From assembly GCF_009914755.1 (NCBI RefSeq), contig NC_060933.1: DNA of 64,000 nucleotides; one strand, given 5' to 3'. Position 1 is the first letter of the stretch, and the number at the start of each line of letters is the position of its first letter. Below are positions 1 through 15,023 of the stretch, one piece after another. The stretch comes from the human T2T-CHM13v2.0 reference genome, Homo sapiens. Made by a program: the position numbers and the translations under genes. The notes beneath the pieces were generated by a model. The model did no database searches. It was not told the DNA's origin and saw nothing but the letters and a program-made list of their open reading frames with translations.

Positions 1-1444
<1,444 letters not shown>

Positions 1445-1820
1445 TATATCAATCTGTTCTCACACTGCTAATAAAGACATACCCAAGGCTGGGTAATTTA
1501 TAAAGGAAATAGGTTTAACTGACTCACAGTTAACCATAGCTGGGGAGGACTCAGGAAACTTGCAATAATGGCAGAAGGGAAAGTAAACATGTCCTTCTTC
1601 ACATGGTGACAAGCAAGGAGAAGTGCTGAGCAAAATGGGGGAAGCCCCTTATAAAACCATCAGATCTCATGAGAACACACTCAATATCACAAGAACAGCA
1701 TGAGGGTAATTGCCCCCATGATTAAATTACCTCTCACTGGGTCCCTCCTATGACACATGGGGATTATGGGAGCTACACTTCAAGATGAGATTTGGGTGGG
1801 GACACAGCCAAACTATATCA
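1445..1820 (-). mobile_element. THE1 (C/D-like) 5' LTR
   Basis: Reverse THE1 LTR: ctgctaataaagacatacc ... gagatttgggtggggacacagccaaactatatca. Confidence 0.9.
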
Positions 1821-2219
1821 GTTGCCATTACTCTTAATTCTTTCTTCTGGAACTAATCACTTTCTGCCTTGTGTTATAGTTATTTTGAGATAGGACTTAT
1901 CTTTCATAGATGATAATTTATTTGATATCAAAATCCATTCTGATTTATTTATTTTTATTCTTTCTATGGCCTACATAGGGTTTTGAAAATGACAAATATT
2001 TTGTTGAATAAATGAGTGAGTAAATAATTTTAAAGAAATGTTTACCATTTTTAAGTATCGTTTGTTTCTGTTTGTGCAATCAACTTTAATTCATCCATCC
2101 TAGATTGAAAATCATTCTTTGATAAAATATTTAAAAAGAAAAATTGCAAATGAGTTTTTCTGACTTCTATCTCTCATTCATAAACATTTTTTCATCTGCC
2201 TCAAGTAATAAAGATAAAA

Positions 2220-2271
2220 TTTTCCTTATTCTAATTTATCTGAACTTTTCCTTATTCTAATTTATCTGAAC
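2220..2271. repeat. Perfect 26-bp tandem duplication
   Basis: ttttccttattctaatttatctgaac twice (2220-2245, 2246-2271). Confidence 0.95.
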
Positions 2272-2755
2272 GTTGATTTATAAGTCTCAGGCCTATCCTT
2301 GATCATTCAGTTTATTTTGTCTTTGGCATGTGCCCTTTGAAAATCTAAGTGGTCTCTTGCTGTGCAGCAATATTAGTTTTTGGCACCCTTTATTTTTTAG
2401 GCAGAATAATATATGAATTTTTGTTGAAACAGTTTTAAAGATTTTTAGTCTTCTTCCCTTTTAATATATACATTTTCAATTGCTTTATATATGACAACAG
2501 CATTGTCCTTTTCTTGGCAGGTAGATGTTATTTACTAATGTTAAATAATACTGCTATCATCTTCCAAGATCTCTGCTTTTTGTCAAATACAACTTTTTAA
2601 TTGATCAAAATTAAGGACAGGAATTTATGGTTGCTTTATCAACCATCTGAAATACAAACTCCAGACCAAGAAAACATGTTATTCATATATAGATATAGAA
2701 ATATGTATATGTATATCTATCTACCTACCTACTTACCTACCTATAAGTAAACATC

Positions 2756-4580
<1,825 letters not shown>

Positions 4581-4639
4581 CTAGTTTTGACCTCAAAAAC
4601 TTGTATCATACTCAACTAGTAAATACTATAAATAATCTT

Positions 4640-4860
4640 ACTGAAAGTAGGAGGAAGATGAAGACATTCTTTATCACTAATATTATTTATTATTCTTAAG
4701 TTTTGTAGTAATGCTATTAAAAAATAGAGATAGTAAAGATAGGATTGGGAGATAAGCACAATAAATGACAGAAAATATTATAGCTTATGCAGAAAACCCA
4801 AGACAACTAAGTGAGAAGCCATAAAAATGCAGTAGGTTTGCTGGGAACATATAGATCATT
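4640..4860 (+). mobile_element. Ancient L1M ORF2 fragment (appears to resume at about 9600-9930)
   Basis: Degenerate RT-region similarity (tatcactaatattattt...gcagaaaacccaagac). Confidence 0.5.
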
Positions 4861-4882
4861 AACAGTTTTTATTTCTCCTTCA

Positions 4883-7757
4883 ATTTTTAAAGTTTTATTT
4901 TATTTTTCATTGACACAATAATTGTACATATTTATAGGGTACAATGTGATGTTTCAATACATGTACGCATTGTGTAATTATCAAAGCAGGGTAAATAGCA
5001 TATTCATCACCTCAAACATTTATGTTTTTTTCTATTGAAAACATTCAAAACCTACTCTTCTAGCTATTTTGAAATATACCATATATAGCTCAAAACTTCT
5101 GAGCTTCATATGCCTGAATGTCTATATCTCTTTGAAGACTTTGGAAGTTTTCAGCAATCATTTTATTAAATAAGCTTTCTGTCCCTATCTTTGTCTCTTT
5201 TACTTCTAGAATTTCATAATGTAAACATTTGGTCATTTAATAGTGCCTCATAAGTCTTGTTGGCTGTCTTCATTCACTCATTTTCATTTCTTTTTCTTTT
5301 TAACTCTAACTGGGTAATTTCAAAACACCTATCTTCAAATTCAGAGATTCTTTCTTCTGCTTGAGCTAGCCTGCTATTGAAGCTTTCTATTGTATTTTTG
5401 TTATATTTATTGGATTCTCTTCAGCCAAGATTTCTGTTTTTTAGGACATTCATTTCTTTGTTAAATTTGTCATCATAAACTATTTTTCTAATTTTGTTGA
5501 ATTGTCTCTATTATTTAGTGTCATGCTGAGTTTCCATAAGATTATTATTTTACATTCCTTTCCAGGCAATTTGTAAATTTTTTTCTTGATATCAGTTACT
5601 GGAGAGTTATTAAGTTCCTTTAGCGTTCTTGCTTCTTCCAGTTTCTTGTGTTCCTGAATTCATATCCACACATCTGGTAGAACAATCACCTCTTACAAAC
5701 TCTGCAGAGTGGCTTTCATAGAGAATGTCTTTCACCTGTAGGTAAGTCTTAGTGTGGCAGTTGGGAAAGATGTGATGACTCTGATTTTGAGTAGATCCAG
5801 TGATACAGCCTTTGTGCAGCTTCTTCAGCTGTGGTCATCATAGTAACTGTGGGTGCCTCAGTGTCCTAGGCTATAGGAGTTTGTGGCAGCAGTGGTAGTA
5901 ATGTAGGTTGTTAAGGTCCTCAGTGTCAAGTGCTTTTGGGGTACTCCTATTCTTATTTTCCCCATTTTTCCCAAAGGGATCCCCCTTGGTATCAGATCTG
6001 ACATAGCTTACAGGCAACTACAGTGGCACTGGATCTTAGGGGGCATTTGCTCAGAGAATATGGAGTTGAGGTCACAGTCTCAGGGTCCCATTAACCTGTT
6101 GTGGCAACTGGGTCTTGGGATGCAGGTTCAGTCTATGAGGCCAGGTTGGATGAAGTTTGGCCCCAGAGTTGGAGTCTGTGACTCTCAGGCACCCCCTAGC
6201 AGCTTTGGTTCAGGGCACCAGGTTTCAGTTTTGATTTTGACCCTGGGGTCAGGGAACAGCAATGACTTTGTTCAAGGGAAGGAGTGCTTTGGAGCTTTGA
6301 GCTTGGGGAACAGGGCAAGGCTGTAATTCAGGAATCAGAGCCAGTAAGGCATAGTGGCAAATTGGGTCCAAGGGGATGAGGCACCACGTAGTGGTAACTC
6401 CGGACCCTGGGATTGAGACATAGCAGTATGCCAGATTCTATGAGGCCACTTTCAGCATCTGCCAGAACCTTGGAATGGTACATAACAGCTATTACTTGGG
6501 CCCTGCTGGGCAGGGAACAGCACAGCAATGACTCCACTCTCCAAAGAGGTGGGTGTCTCAGCATCTCAGACTCTAAGTGAGCTAGTCCAGATACAGGAAA
6601 GTAGAGTACTAGGGTTATTTGGCCTGTAGGGCAGAGTGTCTCAGCTCAGCTACTGCTCTGTTTCCCTGAGACATAGAGTACTATATCAGCTCACTCCTCA
6701 GGTGTGTGGTTTTTCAGCTTAGCCAAAACACTTGATTCCTCAACAAGTGATGCCCCACTTTAGCTTAGGCCTGGGGGCACAATTGCTTTGGCTGACCAGG
6801 GCACCTTTTCCTCGGGATGCAAGGCACTGGTTCAGCTTAGGCACCTGGGAGCCTGTTTGCTCTGGGTGGCCAAGGCACCATTTCCTGAGAGGCAGGATGC
6901 TGCTTCAACTTAGGCACTGGGAAGAGTGGACTGTGACTGCTCTGGGTGGCAAAGGTTCTGTTTTCCTAGGAGGCAGGGCAACTCTTCAGTTCAGGCCCAG
7001 GGAGGTGGGACTGCCCTGGGCAATCAAGGCAGCATTTCCCAGGGATGCCAAGCATTGCTGCAGCTCTGACACACGGGGGCAAGGCACAGCAGCAACCCAG
7101 AGGGGTAGATATAGTGGCTGTATAGCTTGACCCCACAGAGTAGGATGTAGCAGCAGCTCGGTGGGGTGGTGGGCCACTAGGTGGGGGTGGTTCAGCCGCA
7201 GCAAAGCCTCAGAGATGGAAGGATACTGTGGTCACTCAGCCCTGGAGCAGGACATACTCCAGCAGTAGTTGTAGTCCCAAGATGGCAGATGGTATGGCAC
7301 AATAGACACATGAACCACAGTGGGTATAGCACAGTGTAGGCTCCTTGTCTAGGGGGAATACAGTTGTGTGGACTCCACACAGCTCGCTCAGCTAGATTTA
7401 GAGCCTGTGAAGACTGCAGAGTCCCCCAGTGTTGAATACTGTAGGTTTACAAGGTATTGATTGGGGCAGCTGGGGTTCCCTTGCTTACCTTTTCCCTGGA
7501 GTAAGAAGTCCCTCCTGGTTCTGAGCTGATCATGGCTGGGGAATGGGGCAGTGGAGGCCAGCTGTTTCCTTTTGTTCTCTATGTGGCCATCCTGGGTTTC
7601 TGTATTCTACAGGGTTTCTGCTGCAGCTTTGATGTGCTCCAGCACTCTCCTTTAATTATTTTCATAAAAATGTAGTTGGTTATTTCTTGTTTTGGCTGCC
7701 TTTCTGGAGGAACGACTGCCAAGGGCTTCTAGTTCACCATCTTGTTGCCATCACTCC
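4883..7757 (-). mobile_element. L1MA-age LINE-1: 5'UTR and part of ORF1 joined directly to the 3' end (large internal deletion)
   Basis: L1MA-type 3' end at 4883-5082; ORF1/5'UTR at about 5097-7757, ending in the L1 start motif (minus: ggagtgatggcaacaagatgg); flanked by 8-bp TSD ctccttca (4875-4882, 7758-7765). Confidence 0.75.
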
Positions 7758-9600
7758 CTCCTTCACTTGCGAAGATTAAATCCACTGTATACAGAATTCT
7801 AGATTGGTGGTCTTTTTCTTTCATTACGTTAAATATTTCACTTCTCTCCCTTCTTTCCTGCTTGATAAAGGAAGCAGGAAAGAAGACAGAGAAGTGAAAT
7901 ATTTAATTCCTGTAGTAATTCTTATTGTTTCTTTATAGGTGAGATGTTTTCTTCTCTCCGGCTTCTTTCAAGATTTTTTTGTCTTTGATTTTCTGCATTT
8001 AAATATGATAGGCTGAGATACACACTTATATTTTGTTTGCTTTTTTTGGTTTATTTTTATATTTGTCATGTTTAGGACTTCCTGAGATTCACGAATCTGT
8101 GGTTTGGTGTCTGTCATTGATTTTGAGGTGTTCTCAGTCATTATAACTTCAAATATTTCTTCTGCTTAATACATTCTTTCTTCTTCTAGTAATTCAATTA
8201 TACTTCTAATTTTTTCATAATTCTTGGATGTTCTGCTGTATATGTGAGTGTGCATGCATGTGTGTGTATTCATGTGTATGTGTGTGTATGTTTTATTGTT
8301 TTTTCTCTGTGCATTTCAGTTTTGGGAGTTTGTATTGACTATCTTCAAGCTCACTGATTCTTTCCTTGGCCATGTTCAGTCTACTCTTAAGCTCATAAAA
8401 GTCATTCTTAATTTATGTTACAATGTTTTTATTTCTAGTAGTTTCTTTGAACATTTCCTTAGAATTTCCATCTCCTTGTTTATATTAACCATCTGTTCTT
8501 GCATGTGGTCTCCTTTTTTTCATTAAAGCACTTAGTAAGTTAATTATGAATTATCATTAATTGATAGTTATTAATTATATTTTCCATGTCTGATAATTCC
8601 AACTTTGAACTTCTATCTGAATCTGGTTCTGATGCTTGCTTTGTCTCTTCAGGCTGTGTTTTTTCTTGTCTTTTGGCATGCCTTGAATTTTTTTAATGTA
8701 TTTTATTGTATTATTTTTAGAGGTTTTAGTGTGAGTATTTATGTTAATCTTGCTAGGAGTTTGGCTACGTTTAGTGTTTGCTGTAGGTGCCAGAGACTTT
8801 AAATTCCTATTGTATTGTTGTTTTTGTCTTCCCTTTTGACTTGGAGTTTCACTAAATTCAGAGTCTGTTTATTGAAGATTTTTCATCTGAAAGCAAGTTG
8901 TGTGTGGGAGGGAGGAGTGTTTAACATCTTATGATTAAATCTCGGTCTTCTACTGTGTTTATGTCTCTGGGTTGTGACCTTCACAAGTATATCTTAGGTT
9001 CCTTCCCGCCTCCCACCCCACAGCCCACAAGCCTGGAAGACTAGGGAGCACTAGACTGGGAGAAATGACCTGCTGCCATAGGTGAGATAAGACTTGGTAA
9101 ATTACTTTCTCCTGAAATTAGGCCTTCGTTATGGAGAATGCTATGTGTGTATTTCATAAAGATTACTCTTTATGAGGGGATTTCTTTTCTACCCTCTACC
9201 ATGCCAGATTCATGAGGGGAATTTTTTTTTCACCCTTTATCATGAAACCCTAGTTTCTAGAGGTAACATTTATAAAAGGGTGAGTGCATCTCCTAAGGCT
9301 AAGGCTTTTAGAAGTTTCTCAACTGCACTGGTTCACACTCAGCTTCCAGGCACTTCATCAAAATCACCATTTAAGTGCACCTACTGGTTTATGGCTCCAG
9401 CGGCCTGCTCCACATGAAAACAGCTTACTTGTGACTATGATTTTCCCATCTTCCCTAACTATAGGGTGTTGTTTTATCCTGCAAACTCAACTTTCTGAAG
9501 GATTCATGAAAGTCATTGATCTTCAGGTTTTTTTCAACTTTTTCTTTTAAAACAGAATTTGACAGCTTTCAAACTCTTTACATATTGAAGATAAATCTGA
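7758..9600 (-). mobile_element. Old L1M (L1MD/L1M4-like) ORF1 and 5' region; host of the previous insertion
   Basis: ctccttcac...tacagaattctagattggtgg...ataggtgagatg motifs typical of L1M 5'/ORF1 consensus. Confidence 0.7.
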
Positions 9601-9944
9601 AACTAACTATACATAAATATTCCTTTATATTTGTATCTATATATTGTATCCATATAATTCAAATATATTATGGAAAAATACATTTTAATAAGATCAGAAA
9701 AATACTTAGGTTGAATATAAGAAAAAATGTACAAAGGCCAGTTCTTCCCAAATGAATTTCTGAATTTAATGTAATTTTAACAAAAATACCAAAGGTATTT
9801 TTGGAAGTGGATAAGCTTATTCTAAATTTTATATGAGAAACAAAGAAGAATGACCATCAAAATTCTGAAGCAAATGCATAATGCGGTTGAATCCAGATTT
9901 ACATAACAAATGTAAAGTAAGTAATAGAGTTGGATAGAATGCAG

Positions 9945-10650
9945 AATTATTCATTTATTCAATAAATATTTAATGTGTGCCAAAAGTAGGTCATTCACTG
10001 TTCTAAGCATCTTGCATAGAGGAATGAAGAAATCAGAAAAAATTATTTGCCCTCACGAAGCTTATATTCTAACAGGGAAAGACAGAGATCATAAAAAACA
10101 TGCAAAATATCAAATATATTAGATGATGGAAACTGCAATGGAGAAAAAGTAAAGCAGGAAGGGGAACCAGAAATGCTGGGGAGAGGATATAAAATATTAA
10201 ATTGTGTGGTTAAGAAAAGTTTTACTGATGAAGTGACATTTGAGCAAATACGTGAAACAAGTCATGGAATATGCTATGGAGATAGTTGTAAATACTCTAA
10301 GAACAGGAAACACTAAGTAAAGGTTCTGGTGCAAAAAATGTTTAGTATTAGGTTGGTGCAAAAGTAATTGTGGTTTTTGCCATTGAAAGTAATGACAAAA
10401 ACCACAATTACTTTTGCACCCACCTAATAATCCTCAGAGTAACCTAAAGGTAAACTAGGAGTTGAAAGAACCACAGTGAAAATGCTAAGCAATGAGGTCA
10501 GAGAATTAAGAAGTCAAGGTCATCTGTAGTTCTGTAGATCACTGTAAGAATGTTGACATTTCATCTGAGTTTGAGAATCCATGGAAAGAATTTGAGCAAA
10601 GTAGTGTCATAATCTGACACTTATGTGAGAGAAGTGGTGAACCATTATCT
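9945..10650 (-). mobile_element. L2 3' region, interrupted by MADE1
   Basis: tcatttattcaataaatattta L2 tail motif; gtgacatttgagca motif. Confidence 0.7.
10348..10427. mobile_element. MADE1 (Hsmar1-derived 80-bp MITE)
   Basis: ttaggttggtgcaaaagtaattg...caattacttttgcacccacctaa; 80 bp, near-perfect palindrome, TA TSD (10346-47, 10428-29). Confidence 0.97.
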
Positions 10651-13600
10651 AGGCTCAAAATAAATGATATACATTAATTTTTAGATATATTGTCTAAAAT
10701 AGAAATATTTTTAACGGGTTCAGTTAAAATTTTTCTATACAAAGTCTCTGCCTTTTATAATTTCTCCATTATATATTTTATTTCTGCTTTTAATCAATAA
10801 ATTGTGTGCTGTTCTTCAAAGTATTACTTTTTCTTATATATTTTAAGACATGTTATTAAAAGTATAAAATGCCACAAATAGATCATTATCCCTGCTATTT
10901 TACCTTAAGTAAAATATATTACATAAAATATTCCAATGATTAATGGAATTAGTATATATTCTTAAATTTAACTGAAATGAAATATTTAATTGATATTTAA
11001 CTGAAATAAAATGTTTTCTGATACAAATCAATGTTTCAATTCCTTTGAAAACTAGGATTTCAATTTGTTTAGGGTAACTAAGGCACATATAAAACTTCTT
11101 CCCTTCCAATTTATACCTTTAAATGTTAAAGAATGTGTTTATATAATTATTTATTACCCATATGCACTTACTGAGTACCTGCTAGAAACTGTTTGATAAA
11201 TTCTCTGTGTTGACTATATAGAAAATCATCCCCCAAAATGCTCCCAGATTGTCATATGCAGTGATGCAGCAAGATGTAATGGATATTCACATTTTAATGA
11301 TTCTTGTCATGCTGTTCTAATATTTCTCTAAGCTGTTTTCTGAAGCATTTTAATTTATTGTATTTTTTGTAACTTATTACATTTGCACCCTGAGGCTAGC
11401 TAGTGAAGGATGCCATTTTGAAAATGAAAGAAATAAATAGAAGTTGAATTGCCAACACATTTATTTCCAGGTCTTTTGGAAATAAAAAGTTGTGAGAGAT
11501 CTAAGGAATTATTATGAGGAAGTATCTTATTTAGCATTCCACTAATAATACCATGGAATGTGCCAAACTGGCATTAAATACACCCAATACAATATTCCCA
11601 AGGCTATCTGCTATCTCAGATCAAGTGGATACTCTAGAAAGAAAACAGTGTTAACCACTGTTATTCTTCAAGTACTTTTCAAGTTTAAATTACTTGAGCA
11701 TGAGAATTAGTAAAATACATTGGGATGGCAATGTTCAGTTACTTACTTTTACTCTCAGTAAAAAATTTACCCTGGCTTGTTAAGGAAGGCCATTTTGAAA
11801 ACTCAGTGTCACCTATATTAATAATTCGTAATGACAGCTAAAGAATAAATATGACTTACAGGTTTTGTTATTGAGCTGTTGGTCAATGAAATCCTGGAGA
11901 CAAGAGAATTTCCCTTAAAATTCTCCAATTTTCCTAATTTCTGTAAATAGTTAAAATAGGCATATTAAATACCATAACTCCATACCAAAATAATCCATTT
12001 ATATTAATATATTTCTTTCTTCAAAGAGAAGTTGGGGACAACTCTATAGGTGCCACTAAGTGCTAGAGAACAAAAAAAAAGAGCAAGTAAATCCATGGGG
12101 ATCAGATCAACTCATTCTTATTAGCTTAAAATAATGTTTTTGTTTTAAAGGTAAGATAAAGAAACCAAAATCAAATAATGATTGCTATCAATTATAGTAT
12201 TTTGTCCCAGTTTATGTTCTCATATAATTAGTAACAGCCTCTTTCGCTTTCAGCAAATTTTCCCTATCTGGAAAATACATTATAATGGTCATTGTATTCA
12301 TCAAAAAGCATAGATATTTAACATGAATTGTTACTATAATAATTTTCCATGAACCAAAAAAAGTGACATACTTTCTTTTTAATAATTTTAATCGGAGAAA
12401 TAATACAGGAAACACTATGGTAAATTTTAGATAGAAATAAAGCTTTTTAAAACAAATTTCTGTAAGAATTTTACTTAAATTTGACCCTACTGAGAAATAA
12501 AATTTTGATTCTAATAGTCAAGTAAAAGACAATGATATGAAGTATGTATGTATATTGAGGAGCCATGGAAGAGATCTTAATTATGCATTAATAAAAATTA
12601 ACATTAGTCTCTTTACAAGTTTATACTTAAACAGATAATTTCTGTTTGAATACATTTCTTTAAAATTTGGATTTAGATTAACTTGTACCTGTAAATTATT
12701 GTTTGCCTTTATGGAATTTTTGAACTTTGTATTTGAAAAAGTATTTATAGAATATCAGATAGACCCTGAAGACTTAAGGGCTTTGGCACAGTTACAGAAA
12801 GATCTAGACTGATGATTACACAGCCCTAACAGAATTTTGGAAAATGTTCTGATGATGTCAAGTACTACATGATGGTTTTATTTGTACTGTAAGTTGCAAC
12901 CTGCTCTTTTCCAGAAGATTGATATTCCAATGTCAATCATTCTGAAAGACTTTAATCCAGGGACAAGGAAAAATGACTTGAGATAGTTTTAGAACTTCTT
13001 AAAGAAAAGCAAAATCCTTATTCTTTGGCCTAGTTGTGGTTTGGTTTTTAGTTTTTAAAATGACAGGATAAATGGCACTTCAGTTTTGATGATCACATTA
13101 AATAAGCTCGCCATGCCACATAGCAGGCCGGATGCTGGATAGGACAGTGAATTGTAAGACACTCTGACAAAGGCCCTAGGCTTCTTTAGTTGTAAGATAC
13201 TCTCTATTTTACTGTATCAAAAACTTTTAATGGATACTCTTTAGATTTATAGTCTCTTGTGATGTCTGAAATTTGGGTGAAAGAGTAATTGCATTCTCTA
13301 GACAGAATAAAAAAAGAAGATTGCTCCAACTGCTTGAAATAGCTGGAAAAATTTTTTAGCCCTGCTAGTCAGCAAAAGAATATGAAGAAATTCATCCTAA
13401 TAATGCATGAAAAAGTTATCTGACATAACATAAAAATAATATGGGGATATTTGTAGAGTTAATTATAGAAATATAAACAAGATAGCTTCATGTCATGATT
13501 GGGGCAACAGAAAATTTAACAGGGATTCTGCTTCCAGACAAGATGGAGTAAAAGGAATTGTATTTGTCCTCCTGTGTAAAACAACAACAAAAAGACTGTA

Positions 13601-14515
13601 AAAAATATAATAAAGTTTTCAATACATTGGACATCAGACAAGATGGAGTCATACCTGACAGAGAAAAAAAAAAAGTGTTGAGTCCTATATTTGTCTCAGT
13701 TTATTGTCTGGAGAATTTGAATGCCATGGACCGGGGAATGGAAACACAACTGGAGCCCAGTGATATCCCTGAGATGCAGAAAACAGAGTTGGGAGCCTGG
13801 ATAAGCCAAGATAAATAGAGTTTGCCAGGGCCCAGTCCCAGACGGGAAAAAATTGCGCTGAAAGAAAGCCTCAGAGATCTGCAGAGGGCCTTCTTTAGTT
13901 TTCAGCTGAGGACTGAGCAGCACACGGAAGTGAGGAAACTATGCAAGGTCCAGGAAAGAACCACTTAAACGATGGGAGGGAAACATTTCTGAAACTCACA
14001 CATAGTCGGCATAATTCATTTTCTCACTAGCCAGAGTTAAATCCCTCAAAATTCATGGGACATTGGAATTGGACTGAGAATTAGCAGTGAAAATTAGCCC
14101 TGTACTAAGTGTTCCTCTGGTATTACCTTTAAAATGTTTAAAAGCAATTCTGAAAAGAACCTAATTGATTTTGGGAACTTAAACTACTGAAAACAAAAAT
14201 GAAGAATATTTCTAGGAATTTAAAAAAATCGAGTATACAATATTGTAAAATATGCGATGTTTAGCATCCAATGAAAGTTACAAGTCATGCAAAAAAAACT
14301 CCAGTTTTTAAAAAACAGACTTGTAATGATAAGAATAATCAATAAAAAATGATGCCAAAATAAAAACAATGTGTGAATTTGTAGACAAGGACATTAAAAC
14401 AATTCTACAACAAGATTTTATATGTTCAAGAAGCTAGAGGAAAATTGAACATAAGCAGAAATATAAAAGATATAATAAAAACCCACTCTAAATTTTGGCA
14501 TAAAAACTACATCTG

Positions 14516-14638
14516 TGTAGTCCCAGCTACTCAGGAGGCTGAGGCAGAATGGTGTGAACCGGAGAGGTGGAGCTTGCAGTAAGCCAAGATAGCACCACTG
14601 CACTCCAGCCTGGGCGACAGAGCGAGACTCCATCTTAA
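14516..14638 (+). mobile_element. AluY right-arm fragment, fused to an L1 3' end
   Basis: tgtagtcccagctactcaggagg...gaatggtgtgaacc...ggagcttgcagt...gagactccatct; only 4 A's before L1 sequence begins. Confidence 0.9.
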
Positions 14639-15023
14639 AAGAAAATGTGGCACATATACACCATGGAATACTATGCAGCCATAAAAAAGGATGAGTTCAT
14701 GTCCTTTGCAGGGACATGGATGAAATTGGAAATCATCATTCTCAGTAAACTATCGCAAGGACAAAAAACCAAACACCGCATGTTCTCACTCATAGATGGG
14801 AATTGAACAATGAGAACACATGGACACAGGAAGGGGAACATCACACTCTGGGGACTGTTGTGGGGTGGGGGGAGAGGGGAGGGATAGCATTAGGAGATAT
14901 ACCTAATGCTAAATGAGGAGTTAATGGGTGCAGCACACTAGCATGGCACATGTATACATATGTAACTAACCTGCACATTGTGCACATGTACCCTAAAACT
15001 TAAAGTATAATAAAAAAAAAAAA
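14639..15023 (+). mobile_element. L1PA3/4 3' end with polyA
   Basis: aagaaaatgtggcacatatacacc...aaaacttaaagtataataaaaaaaa. Confidence 0.95.

Noticed and set aside
12807-12860. TGATGA...CTGA pair resembling a C/D box snoRNA
   Set aside because: Only about 45 nt between the boxes, with no convincing terminal stem or recognisable guide.
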